Of a stretch of DNA of 64,000 nucleotides, positions 11,553-21,688 are shown piece by piece. The notes beneath the pieces are model-generated. The model was not told the DNA's origin and searched no databases. It saw nothing but the letters and a program-made list of their open reading frames with translations. This stretch comes from an uncultured delta proteobacterium. GTDB lineage: Bacteria; Desulfobacterota; Binatia; UBA9968. The stretch lies in contig CAWDPO010000034.1 in the NCBI GenBank assembly GCA_963804165.1, positions 1 through 64,000 of the forward strand. Direction: 5' to 3'. A program made the translations under genes and the position numbers. Each line of letters opens with the position of its first letter. Position 1 is the first letter of the stretch.

Positions 11553-13298
11553 ATGGCAGAACAGGATGAACAAAAGCAGGGCGCAGCGGCAGGCGGCGCC
11601 AGCGAATTTGAAACGATGTTCGAGGAGAGCCTGCGTACCGTCAAGCCCGGCGGCGTCGTTAAAGGCAGGGTCGTCGGCGTTACGGCGACTCATGTACTGA
11701 TCGACGTCGGCTACAAATCCGAAGGACAAATTCCCATCCAGGAATTCACCGACCGTCAGGGCAACGTCCAAGTCAAAGTGGGCGACGATGTCGACGTCTA
11801 CTTCGACTCCTCCGAGAGCGAGGGCGGCGGTATCGTGCTGTCGCGGCAACGGGCGGAAAATCTGAAAATATGGGAAGATCTGGAAAAAGCGTTTAACGAA
11901 GAGCTCGGAGTCGAAGGCCATATCACTGGCAAAGTCAAAGGTGGTTTTAAGGTCGATGTCGGTGTGCCGGCTTTTCTTCCCGGTTCCCACGTGGATATTC
12001 GGCCGAGCCGCAACCTCGATCGGTTTATCGGCACGACCGACCGCTTTGCCATCCTCAAGTTCAACCGCGCACGGGGCAACGTGGTGGTTTCGCGCCGTGC
12101 CTTGCTTGAAAAAGAACGGGAAACCCTCAAGAAGGATATTTTAAAAGTTCTCGAAGAAGGTGTCATTCTCGAAGGAACGGTGAAAAACATTACCGGCTAC
12201 GGCGCCTTCGTCGACCTGGGCGGCATCGACGGGATTCTCCATATCAGCGATATGTCATGGGGGCGCATCAACCATCCGTCCGAGATCGTCGAGGTGGGCG
12301 AAAAAATTAAAGTCGTCGTGCTCAAATTCGATACCGAGAAGGAGCGCATCTCGCTCGGGATGAAGCAGCTTACTCCCGATCCCTGGCACACCGTGGCGGA
12401 AAAGTATCCTGTCGGTTCGCGTGTGCAGGGTAAGGTGATCAGTCTGATGGATTACGGCGCCTTCGTGGAATTGGAAAGCGGTATTGAAGGACTGGTGCAT
12501 ATTTCGGAAATGTCGTGGACGCGCAAGGTGACCCACCCGTCGAAGATCCTTCAAGTCGGCCAGCCGGTCGAGGTCGTGGTGTTAAACGTCGATGCAGGGC
12601 ACCGCAGAATCTCCCTCGGACTTAAACAAATCATGGCGAATCCCTGGGAGGCTGCGAAGGAAAAGTATCCGGTCGGCAGCATCGTCAAGGGGCCGGTGCG
12701 CAATATTACCGACTTCGGCATCTTCGTCGGCATCGAAGAAGGGATCGACGGTCTTGTCCACATCTCGGACTTGCACTGGACCAAGAAGCTGAAGCATCCG
12801 TCCGAACTCTATAAGAAGGGCGATGTCATCGAAGCCAAAGTGCTCGGAGTCAACGTTGAAAATGAGCGTTTCTCTCTCGGCATCAAACAACTCGCGCCGG
12901 ACCCGTGGAAAGTCGTGGCGGACCGCCACCCCGTCGGCTCCAAAATCAAAGGTCAGGTGACGAGCGTTCCCGACTTCGGGGTTTTTGTGCGGATCGAAGA
13001 AGGCGTCGAAGGATTGATTCACGTTTCTCAACTCAGTTCGGAACGGGTCGAAAAACCGGCGACCTTATACAAGCCCGGCGACGAAGTCGAAGCCGAAGTC
13101 GTCAGCATCGATCCTGCGGATCGCAAGATCGGTCTGAGCGTACGGGCGTTGCGCCGTACGGAAGAGCGCCTGGAAATGGAAAGTTATCTGAAACGGGAAA
13201 AAGAGGGCGCCCGCTTCTCATTTGAGTCGCTCCTGAGTGACGAGTTGCGTCTCGATAAGGATGACGATACTCAAAGCGGGCGCAAAGGGCGCGGCTAG
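11553..13298 (+). CDS. rpsA: 30S ribosomal protein S1
   Basis: Six S1 repeats (YGAFV/FGIFV...GLVHIS); follows cmk. Confidence 0.97.
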   Translation: MAEQDEQKQGAAAGGASEFETMFEESLRTVKPGGVVKGRVVGVTATHVLIDVGYKSEGQIPIQEFTDRQGNVQVKVGDDVDVYFDSSESEGGGIVLSRQRAENLKIWEDLEKAFNEELGVEGHITGKVKGGFKVDVGVPAFLPGSHVDIRPSRNLDRFIGTTDRFAILKFNRARGNVVVSRRALLEKERETLKKDILKVLEEGVILEGTVKNITGYGAFVDLGGIDGILHISDMSWGRINHPSEIVEVGEKIKVVVLKFDTEKERISLGMKQLTPDPWHTVAEKYPVGSRVQGKVISLMDYGAFVELESGIEGLVHISEMSWTRKVTHPSKILQVGQPVEVVVLNVDAGHRRISLGLKQIMANPWEAAKEKYPVGSIVKGPVRNITDFGIFVGIEEGIDGLVHISDLHWTKKLKHPSELYKKGDVIEAKVLGVNVENERFSLGIKQLAPDPWKVVADRHPVGSKIKGQVTSVPDFGVFVRIEEGVEGLIHVSQLSSERVEKPATLYKPGDEVEAEVVSIDPADRKIGLSVRALRRTEERLEMESYLKREKEGARFSFESLLSDELRLDKDDDTQSGRKGRG

Positions 13299-13329
13299 AT
13301 GCCGGTTTAGATAGCGTGGACATAACTTT

Positions 13330-14232
13330 ATGACTCCGAAGTACTCCATATTGCGCGGCCTCGGGCTCTTGTTTGTACTCATCTTGGTGGTCTTCACCGG
13401 GGTGTTTTTCTACGCCTATCTCACGGGCGGCGATTCCAAAGCGCTTTCGTTGTTCTCGGGTGACGGTGTCGGCGTTTTACAGATCGACGGCGCCATCGAT
13501 GACTCGCAGAGCGTTCTAAGCGAGCTGAAACGTCTGAAAGAAATGCCGTGGGTGAAAGCGATCGTCGTGCGGATCGACTCGCCGGGTGGCGCCGTGGCGC
13601 CGACGCAGGAGATCTTTGAAGAAATTCAGAGATCGAAAAAGCAGCAAAAACCGTTTATTGCGTCGATGGGCGGGATGGCGACCTCGGGCGGATATTACAT
13701 CGCTGCGGCCTGCGACAAGATCGTCGCCAACCCGGGCACATTGACGGGCTCGATCGGCGTGATCATGCAACTCACCAACGTTGAAGATCTGATGAAAAAA
13801 ATCGGCGTCAAAGGGATCAATGTCAAAAGCGGCGTGAATAAGGATATCGGCTCACCCTTTCAAGCCTTGTCTCCCGAAGGACGTGAAATTCTTCAATCGC
13901 TGGTAGATAACGTGCACAGCCAGTTCGTCACTGCCGTGGCGAAAGGCAGAAGCATGAATGAAACGCAGGTGCGCAAGCTTGCCGACGGACGGGTTTATTC
14001 CGGCGCGCAAGCCAAGGAATTGGGGCTGATCGATCAGTTCGGGACATTGGAAGATGCCATCGAATTGGCCGCCAAACGCGCTGGGCTTGAGGCCGAACCC
14101 GCCGTCTATTACTCGCGTCCAGATCAAGAACGCTGGTGGGAGCGCATGTTCATGGGCGTGTTCGGACGTCGGTTGCCCGGAATCGACCGCGGCTGGCTCC
14201 GTTACGAGTGGTCGCCGGCGTTACTCCAGTAG
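13330..14232 (+). CDS. sppA: Signal peptide peptidase SppA
   Basis: IDSPGG, ATSGGYY, TGSIGV and DGRVYSG motifs. Confidence 0.93.
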   Translation: MTPKYSILRGLGLLFVLILVVFTGVFFYAYLTGGDSKALSLFSGDGVGVLQIDGAIDDSQSVLSELKRLKEMPWVKAIVVRIDSPGGAVAPTQEIFEEIQRSKKQQKPFIASMGGMATSGGYYIAAACDKIVANPGTLTGSIGVIMQLTNVEDLMKKIGVKGINVKSGVNKDIGSPFQALSPEGREILQSLVDNVHSQFVTAVAKGRSMNETQVRKLADGRVYSGAQAKELGLIDQFGTLEDAIELAAKRAGLEAEPAVYYSRPDQERWWERMFMGVFGRRLPGIDRGWLRYEWSPALLQ

Positions 14233-14299
14233 CGGCCGGTGTTGTCATCAATATCCAAATCATTTTGCAACTATTTTCTTGTGTGGAGAGGGCAATGAT

Positions 14300-14614
14300 A
14301 TGACGAAAAGGGATTTAATCGATGAGGTCAATAAAAGATTTCCTCATCTATCGCGGCGCGATTCGGAGGTCATTATAAATGCCATATTCGATTCGATGGT
14401 CGACGCGCTCGCTACGGGAGACCGCATCGAAATTCGCGGGTTTGGGAGCTTCGTCGTCAAACACCGGCGAGCGCGCCAGGGGCGCAATCCGAAAAGCGGC
14501 GCTCTGGTTTCCGTCGCCGCCAAAAAAGTGCCCTTCTTTAAAGTAGGCAAAGAATTGCGCTTGCGCGTGGACGGGAAGCCGTACGATCCGACCGTAGACG
14601 GAGATGATGAGTGA
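14300..14614 (+). CDS. ihfB: Integration host factor beta subunit
   Basis: RIEIRGFGSF, GRNPKSG and PFFKVGKELR motifs; follows rpsA-sppA. Confidence 0.9.
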   Translation: MTKRDLIDEVNKRFPHLSRRDSEVIINAIFDSMVDALATGDRIEIRGFGSFVVKHRRARQGRNPKSGALVSVAAKKVPFFKVGKELRLRVDGKPYDPTVDGDDE

Positions 14615-15102
14615 AACAGCTTTGGGCTCCATGGCGGATGGCCTATATCGGTCAGGGCGCCACGGAGGAAGGCTGTGTCTTTTGCACCAAGTATCGGCAG
14701 GATGACCTCAGAGCGGCGCTGGTTTTGGCGCAAACCGAACACTCCGTCGTCATGATGAACAAGTACCCGTACAACAACGGGCATCTGCTGCTTGCTCCCA
14801 AACGTCACGAGAGCGATCCCGCCAAACTGCCAAACGAGGAATTTGTCGATCTCAATGACGCGCTGCGCCGCTCCATCGAGATCGTTCGCGATGCGTTCAA
14901 TCCCGGCGGAATTAATTTGGGTATGAATCTCGGCCAGTGCGCCGGCGCCGGCATCAAGGATCATTTGCATTGGCACATCGTGCCGCGCTGGGAAGGCGAC
15001 ACAAACTTTATGCCGGTGATCGCCGAAACCCGTGTCATGCCGCAACATCTGTTCGATAGCTATGATCGTTTGCAGTCTAAGTTTCATGATTTTATCGGTT
15101 AA
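14611..15102 (+). CDS. HIT family hydrolase (Ap4A phosphorylase-like)
   Basis: LWAPWR, NKYPYNNGH and HLHWHIVPRW motifs. Confidence 0.9.
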   Translation: MKQLWAPWRMAYIGQGATEEGCVFCTKYRQDDLRAALVLAQTEHSVVMMNKYPYNNGHLLLAPKRHESDPAKLPNEEFVDLNDALRRSIEIVRDAFNPGGINLGMNLGQCAGAGIKDHLHWHIVPRWEGDTNFMPVIAETRVMPQHLFDSYDRLQSKFHDFIG

Positions 15103-15206
15103 TGCAGTAGCTGTAAGATGGTAATCTGGTGTAAAATAGTTACGAGAACCGGCGCAAATCAAAAGTCGCGCCCGAAAGCAAAACTTCGAAGGGGAGGCCA
15201 TAGCAC

Positions 15207-16604
15207 GTGAGCGAGGCAAAAACTTTAGGTGAACTCAAAAAGAGCGGTGTGGCGGTTTTACCGGTGCGCGATGAAATGCGCAAGAATCTCGTGCGCCACC
15301 TAGAAAGCGGCGAACGGATCTTGCCGGGCATCATCGGCTACGACGATACCGTCATTCCGGAAATCGAAAACGCGATTCTCTCCGGCCATCATATGGTCTT
15401 TCTCGGCGAGCGCGGCCAAGGCAAGTCGCGAATCATTCGCGGGCTGCTCAGTCTGCTCGACGAACGCATACCGATCGTCCATGGATGCGAGATCAACGAT
15501 AATCCTTTCAGTCCGATCTGCCGCCCCTGCCGCAAGAAGGCGGCCGAGCTCGGCGACGCGCTGCCGCTCCAATGGATCGAGCGCGATCACCGCTACGGCG
15601 AAAAGCTGGCGACGCCGGATGTCTCGATCGCGGACCTGGTCGGTGAAATCGATCCCATCAAAGTCGCCGAGGGGCGCTATCTCGCCGACGAAGAAACCAT
15701 TCACTACGGACTGGTGCCGCGCACCAATCGAGGCGTGTTCGCCATCAACGAGCTTCCCGATCTGACTGAAAAAGTGCAAGTCGGTTTGTTCAACCTGATG
15801 GAGGAGAAGGACGTTCAAATCAAGGGTTATAAAATTCGCCTGCCCCTCGATGTGATCATCGTCGCCAGCGCCAACCCGGAGGATTACACCAGCCGCGGGC
15901 GGATCATCACGCCGCTCAAAGACCGCTTCGACGTGCAGATCCGCACGCATTATCCGAAAAAGATCGAGGATGAGCTCGACATCATGGAACAGGAGTCGGC
16001 GCCGACGGACAACCGCAGCCGAAAAGTCGAAGTGCCCCGTTTCATGAAGGAAGTCCTCGGCCATCTGACCTTTGAAGCGCGCAAGTCGAACGAGATCAAC
16101 CAGGCTTCCGGCGTCAGCGTGCGCGTCACGATCAACAACTACGAAAGCCTGATCAGCAACGCGGAAAAGCGCGCCCTGCGCTGCAAGGAGAACGAAATCG
16201 TGCCGCGCATCAGCGATTTGCACGCGCTCATGGCTTCGACCAATGGAAAAATCGAGATGGAGTACGTCGGCGAAGACAAGAAAGAAGATGAGCTGGTCGA
16301 AAAGCTGCTGAATCGATCGCTGATCAAAGTTTTCGATCAATACTTCAGCCTCAACTCGCTGCAGAAGGTCGTCGAATATTTCAACTCCGGTTGGGGCGTC
16401 GAGGTTTCCGATCAGATGGCATCGCAAGACTATCTGGAAGGCATCAAGGAGATCCCCGGCTTGAAAGAAGCGATCAAATCGCTCGGTGTAGGAGAATCCC
16501 CGACGTTGATGGCTTCGGCGACCGAGTTTGTCCTCGAAGGACTGCACCTGCACCAAAAGCTCAACAAGGAGATGGAGGGCGGCCGGGTCACCTACGGCAA
16601 GTAA
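15207..16604 (+). CDS. AAA+ ATPase, Mg-chelatase ChlI-like
   Basis: Walker A GERGQGKS, INELPDL and ASANPEDYT motifs. Confidence 0.85.
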   Translation: MSEAKTLGELKKSGVAVLPVRDEMRKNLVRHLESGERILPGIIGYDDTVIPEIENAILSGHHMVFLGERGQGKSRIIRGLLSLLDERIPIVHGCEINDNPFSPICRPCRKKAAELGDALPLQWIERDHRYGEKLATPDVSIADLVGEIDPIKVAEGRYLADEETIHYGLVPRTNRGVFAINELPDLTEKVQVGLFNLMEEKDVQIKGYKIRLPLDVIIVASANPEDYTSRGRIITPLKDRFDVQIRTHYPKKIEDELDIMEQESAPTDNRSRKVEVPRFMKEVLGHLTFEARKSNEINQASGVSVRVTINNYESLISNAEKRALRCKENEIVPRISDLHALMASTNGKIEMEYVGEDKKEDELVEKLLNRSLIKVFDQYFSLNSLQKVVEYFNSGWGVEVSDQMASQDYLEGIKEIPGLKEAIKSLGVGESPTLMASATEFVLEGLHLHQKLNKEMEGGRVTYGK

Positions 16605-16650
16605 ACATTCTTCCGACTACACCGAAGACGACCTCTTAGCCGCACCCTTC

Positions 16651-18243
16651 ATGGTCCATATCCGTTACAGCCGCTGGGACGGTCGAGCGCGCGATTCCCT
16701 CGATTCGGACTCCGTGTTCGACCAACTCAACGACTACATGAACGACACCGGCGACCTGCAACAGGCGATGCGCCGGCTGATGCAGAAAGGCATCAAGCAG
16801 GGCGAGAAGCAGACCAAAGGCATCGAAGACCTCCTGTCGCAAGTGGCGCGCGAAATGCGCAAGCTCTACGACGAGTACCGCTTGCAGTCGGCGATGGATG
16901 AGGTGCAGGAGCAGCTCGACTCGGTCGTCGACCAGGAGCAGCAGACTCTTCAGGAGATGGATCAAGCCGGCAAGGACGTCCAGGACAAGAAGCAATTTCT
17001 CAACGATCTGCCGGGCAAAACCAGCGAAGCGATCGAGAAGCTCACTTCCTACCGATTCGAAAACCCTCAGGCCGAAAAAGATTTTCAACAGTTGGTGATG
17101 CAGCTCGATCAGATCCGCAAGCTGGAAAACTGGCTGCGCCGCGAGGGCAGCTTGTTTCGCGGCCAGACGCCGGTGGAGTTCCAGCAATCGCAGGAGCTGA
17201 TGGAGCGCATGGAGGATCTGCGCAAGCTGGAGTCGCAGCTTTCCAGCATGCAGCTCAAAGACGTCGACAAGGATCTCCTGGAAAAACTTCTCGGCGGCGA
17301 TCCCAAGCAGGACTTCGAAGGGGTCATGCGCATGCAGTCACTGCTGGAAGAGGGCGGCTACGTGCTCGAGCAGGGCGAGCGCTTCGAATTGACGCCCAAG
17401 GGCGTGCGGCGCGTCGGCCATCTGGCGTTGCGGGATATTTATCGGCAGTTGCGCCGCGACGGCATGGGGCGGCACACGACGCGCAATCGCGGCAGCCAGG
17501 AACTGGTTCTCGAAACCAGCCGCCCCTACGTGCAAGGCGACCCCATGCACATCAACATGATTCAGACGCTCAAGAACGCGTTGCTGCACGGCGGCGGCGT
17601 GCCGGTGCGGATCAGCCCCACGGACTTTGCGGTTTACGAATCGGAGTACAATACGCGCGCCGCGACCGTGCTGCTTTTGGACATGAGTTGGTCGATGAGT
17701 TGGGAAGGGCGGTTCGCCGCGGCGAAGAAAGTCGCGCTGGCGATGGAGAGCCTGGTGCGCTCGCTTCATCCGCGCGATTATTTCGGCATCGTCGGTTTCT
17801 TCACCCGCGCCGTCGAGCTCAAAGCCAAAGATTTGCCGCAGGCGACCTGGAACATGGGCGATCCGTTTACCAACTTGCAGGATGGTTTGCACCTGGCGAC
17901 GGAAATGCTCGGCAAAAAACCCAGCGCCAACCAGCAGATGATCGTCATCACCGACGGCCAGCCGACGGCGTATTGCCGGCAGGGAAGACTTTACTGCGAA
18001 TGGCCGTTGAGCTTCGGCGGCATCAGCCAGCGCGCCGCCGAGGAAACTTTAAAAGAAGTCGAGCGCATCACGCGCAAAGGGATCACCATCAACACTTTCA
18101 TGCTCGACGACAGCCCGGTGCTGCGCGGCTTCGTCGACGATCTCACCCGCATCAACCGAGGCCGCGCTTTTTACACCCGCCCCGATCGGCTCGGAGAATA
18201 TCTCCTGGTCGATTATCTTTCGCATCAAAGAAAGAAAGTGTAA
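16651..18243 (+). CDS. vWA domain protein, partner of the AAA+ ATPase
   Basis: MIDAS DMSWSM, TNLQDGL and ITDGQPT motifs. Confidence 0.88.
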   Translation: MVHIRYSRWDGRARDSLDSDSVFDQLNDYMNDTGDLQQAMRRLMQKGIKQGEKQTKGIEDLLSQVAREMRKLYDEYRLQSAMDEVQEQLDSVVDQEQQTLQEMDQAGKDVQDKKQFLNDLPGKTSEAIEKLTSYRFENPQAEKDFQQLVMQLDQIRKLENWLRREGSLFRGQTPVEFQQSQELMERMEDLRKLESQLSSMQLKDVDKDLLEKLLGGDPKQDFEGVMRMQSLLEEGGYVLEQGERFELTPKGVRRVGHLALRDIYRQLRRDGMGRHTTRNRGSQELVLETSRPYVQGDPMHINMIQTLKNALLHGGGVPVRISPTDFAVYESEYNTRAATVLLLDMSWSMSWEGRFAAAKKVALAMESLVRSLHPRDYFGIVGFFTRAVELKAKDLPQATWNMGDPFTNLQDGLHLATEMLGKKPSANQQMIVITDGQPTAYCRQGRLYCEWPLSFGGISQRAAEETLKEVERITRKGITINTFMLDDSPVLRGFVDDLTRINRGRAFYTRPDRLGEYLLVDYLSHQRKKV

Positions 18244-18263
18244 CGCGCGCCGCGCGTTACACC

Positions 18264-18374
18264 GTTCAAAGTTCAATCGTTCAAGGTTCAAGGTCGGACT
18301 TTGGGTTCAACTGACAACCGCAAGTCAACGGTGCGGTTTTAGTCCTTGAACTTTTGAACCTTGAACCCTTGAAC
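18264..18374. repeat. ORF-less inverted GTTCAA/TTGAAC tandem-repeat element
   Basis: GTTCAAA GTTCAATC GTTCAAG GTTCAAG GTCGGACT ... AGTCCTTGAAC TTTTGAAC CTTGAAC CCTTGAAC. Confidence 0.85.
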
Positions 18375-18395
18375 TGCCGCGCGCTTTGCGCGCGG

Positions 18396-18424
18396 TTGAC
18401 TACTGAAAATAATTTCAGTATACC
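18396..18424 (+). promoter_or_regulatory. lexA promoter with overlapping palindromic LexA box
   Basis: -35 TTGACT, 17-nt spacer, -10 TATACC; palindrome TACTGAAAATAATTTCAGTA at 18401-18420. Confidence 0.7.
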
Positions 18425-18431
18425 GGATATC

Positions 18432-19040
18432 ATGCTTCCATCGCTCACCGACCGGCAAAAAGCGATCTATGATTTTCTGCTCAAGACCATTCGGGAGAAG
18501 GGTTTTGCGCCGTCGATCCACGAGATCGGCAAGCAATTCAAAATCGCCTCGACCAACGGCGTCTCCGATCATCTGAAAGCGCTGGAGAAAAAAGGCTATA
18601 TCCGCCGGGTCGGCAAGCGCGCGATCGAGATCGTCAATGCTCTGGGCAAAACGGCTTTGATCGCTACTCGCGAGGTGCCGGTTCTCGGAAAAGTGGCGGC
18701 GGGCAAACCCTTGCTCAGCGAAGAAAATATCGAAGGTGTCATTACTATTCCCGACGATATGGGCAGCGGAAAAACGTTTGCCCTCCAGGTCAGAGGCGAC
18801 AGCATGATCGACGCCGGTATCTTGGACGGCGACAAAGTGATTGTAAAACAGCAAGGCACTGCGGAGAACGGCGAGATCGTCTGCGCGGTGATCAACGGCG
18901 AGGCGACCTTAAAGCGATTCTTTAAGAAAGACGGCGTCGTTACGCTTAAAGCAGAGAATGAAAAATACGCGCCGATCATCGTTTCGGAAGGAGAGTTTCG
19001 CATCGCCGGAAGGATCGTTGGGTTGTTAAGAAAGTTTTAA
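18432..19040 (+). CDS. lexA: SOS repressor LexA
   Basis: LTDRQ and PSIHEIG winged helix; VAAG cleavage site, GDSM serine and ATLKR lysine. Confidence 0.96.
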   Translation: MLPSLTDRQKAIYDFLLKTIREKGFAPSIHEIGKQFKIASTNGVSDHLKALEKKGYIRRVGKRAIEIVNALGKTALIATREVPVLGKVAAGKPLLSEENIEGVITIPDDMGSGKTFALQVRGDSMIDAGILDGDKVIVKQQGTAENGEIVCAVINGEATLKRFFKKDGVVTLKAENEKYAPIIVSEGEFRIAGRIVGLLRKF

Positions 19041-19044
19041 AACG

Positions 19045-19584
19045 GTTCAAGGTTCAACGTTCAAAGTTCAAGGTGAAGAGAGGTCTAGCAGACTTTGAAC
19101 CTTAAACTCTGAACGTATTTGGAGGCCTTATGCACATAGAGCATTTTGAGGATCTTGAGATCTGGAAAGAGGCGCGCCAGTTAACGAAAGAAATCTATCG
19201 TGTGACTGCAGAGCCAAAATTCTCCCGCGATTTTCGCCTTCGCGACCAGATCCGAAGCGCTGCGGTTTCTGTCGTATCGAACATCGCTGAAGGATTCGAG
19301 CGAAGTGGAAATCAAGAATTCGTCCAATTTCTTTACGTTGCCAAGGGATCCTGCGGCGAAGTCCGGTCACAACTCTATGTGGCGGTTGACCAAGGATATT
19401 TCTCAGCAAACGAATTGGAGGAGTTGTTCGTTGTCGCTCAAGCGATTGTCTAGCATGATCGGCAGTTTGATCAATTACCTGAAGCGCAGCGGAATGAAGG
19501 CGGGCTCGAAACTATCCGACGATCGCAAACGGCTCAATGGACGCTCATCGGAAGACCTTGAACTTTGAACGTTGAACCTTGAAC
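19045..19584. mobile_element. Putative insertion element: four-helix-bundle gene bracketed by a perfect 30-bp inverted repeat of heptamers
   Basis: 19045-19074 GTTCAAGGTTCAACGTTCAAAGTTCAAGGT is the exact reverse complement of 19555-19584. Confidence 0.65.
19130..19568 (+). CDS. Four helix bundle protein (23S rRNA IVP/TIGR02436 family), frameshift about 19430
   Basis: FEDLEIWK, DQIRSAAVSVVSNIAEGFER and AKGSCGEVRSQL motifs; C-terminal helix in ORF 19305-19568. Confidence 0.92.
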
Positions 19585-19599
19585 GGCTCATGGTTAGTC

Positions 19600-20199
19600 A
19601 TGACTTTTGCCGCACAAAAATTTCCTGTCGCTGTTCCTTCGCAAACACCCTGGACGCTGAGCGAAGTCGCGGGGCGGCTGGTGGAGATCTCCGGCTCGAC
19701 GGCTTCCGCCGCGCTGACGCTCACTTTCGTTTTGGTCAGGGAAGCGCAGGAGCGCGGCGAGCCGGTGGGTTGGGTGACCTCGGCGGAAAGGTTTTTCTAT
19801 CCGCCCGATGCGGCTCAAAACGGTACGGATTTAACGACGCTGGTCGTGGTGCGTTTAAGTCATGCTGAAAGTATCGCGCGGGCCGGTGAAAAGCTTCTGC
19901 GCTCCGGCGGCTTCGGCGTCGTCGTGCTCGATCTCGGCGCCGCCGATATTCCCATGCCGCTGCAGACGCGCTTGACCGGTCTTGCCCATCGTCACCACAC
20001 GGCGCTCGTCTGCCTCACGGAAAAAGAGAGCAGGGCTTTTTCCTTAGGCTCGCTGGTTTCGCTGCGCAGCCCACGCTGAAAAGAAACGCGCTGACGGATA
20101 ACCGCTTCGCCTGCGCTTTGCGCGTTCTTAAAGACAAACGGCGCGGCCCCACCTGGCATTATGAAGAGACTCTACACCGGGCCGGCTGGCTTGTGTTGA
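19600..20199 (+). CDS. imuA: ImuA-like RecA-family protein (frameshifted)
   Basis: GRLVEISG, FYPPD, LLRSGGFGVVVLDL and RVLKDKRRGP motifs; lies between lexA and imuB. Confidence 0.75.
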
Positions 20200-21681
20200 T
20201 CTGCCGGCTTTTCCACTGCAGCTCTTGCTTCGGCGCCATCCCGATTGGGGCGGCTTATCCGGTGGCGGTGGTGGCCGAAGACAAGCCGCAGGGTTTGCTG
20301 CTCTGGGTCAATGAAAAAGCCCGCCGGCAGGGCGTGCTTCCCGGTTTGCGCTATGCCGCGGCGTTTTCTCTAGCGTCGGCGCTGCGCGCCGGCGAAGTCG
20401 CGCCGGGTGAAAGTAAAAAAGCCATTACCGACTTGGCTCATCATCTCATGCGCTTTACTCCCGAAGTCGAACCATCGATTGAGGAGCCCGGCGTTTTCTG
20501 GCTCAACGGCGCCGGTTTGCAACATCTCTACGCTTCGCCGCAGCAATGGGCCTACGCTATTCACAAGGATTTGCGCGCCCGAGGCTTCACCGCAAGCTTG
20601 GTGGTCGGTTTCACGCGCTTCGGCACTTATGCCGTCGCCAAGGCGAAAGAGGGTATCACGATTTTTCGCGATCCCGTTGAAGAGCGCAGCGCCGCGCGTG
20701 AAGTGCCACTCAATCGATTGAATATCGAGCCCGCGTTTCGCGATGTGCTTTTCAAGCTCGGCATTAAAACCGTCGGCGGTTTGCTCACGTTGCCGCCGGG
20801 CGGGCTGCGCGAGCGCTTCGGCAAGGAAGCGCATCGGCTCTACCGCATGGCCGCCGGCGATCTCTGGACGCCGCTCGAGCCGCGCGCGCCGGACGAGCCG
20901 GCTCGGCAAAAATATATTCTCGACGATCCGGAAGACGACACCACACGGCTGCTGTTTTTAATTAAACAATTACTTCATCCGCTGCTGGCAACGCTGGCGC
21001 AGCGTCATCAAGCGCTGGTCGCGCTCTGGTTTTCTTTATTGATTTATCGCAACGACTGGCTCAAAGAGCCGCTCCGTCCCGCGGCGCCGACGCTCGACGC
21101 GGCGCAGATATTAGATCTTATCCGCCTGCGCCTGGAGTCGCTGCGGCTTCCTGCCGGCGTGGTGGAAATCGAATTACGCGCCGAAGCCTGCGCCGCCACT
21201 AGCGAGCAGCTGCGCCTGTTTGCCGAGCAACCGACGCGCGATCTCGACGCAGCCAATCGCGCTCTGGCGCGTTTGCGCGCCGAATTCGGCGACGAGTCTG
21301 TCGTCTATGCCAAGCTCACCGACGGACATTTGCCTGAAGCTAGATTTACCTGGGAGCCTTTGAGCCGCGTCAAGCTGCCCCGAAACGATTTGAACGACTT
21401 GAACGGCTCGACTCGCCAAAGTGTTGGTGCGCCGCGTCGCCGCCAGGCCGATCCGCCTCGCCGGCGGACCCTATCACTCGCACGAAGACGGCTGGCTGAT
21501 TCTCGGTCCTAAACACGGCACCATCGATAAGCTCACCGGCCCCTACGTCTTCGCCGGCGGCTGGTGGAATAGAGAAATCCAGCGCGAATACTACTACGCC
21601 GAAACCCGCCGCGGCGATCTGCTCTGGCTTTATTATGACCGGGTGAGAAGAAGGTGGTTTTGGCAAGGCGCCGTCGAATGA
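20161..21681 (+). CDS. imuB: ImuB-like inactive Y-family polymerase (frameshifted)
   Basis: ARRQGVLPGL, FTPEVE, LGIKT, ERFG and HLPEA motifs; C-terminal GPYVFAGGWW...REYYY...WFWQG. Confidence 0.85.
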
Positions 21682-21688
21682 CGGCGAC

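Noticed and set aside
15300-16556. Long antisense ORFs (also 14344-15219, 3028-3678, 48123-48917)
   Set aside because: These are shadows of real genes in GC-rich codon usage and have no motifs.
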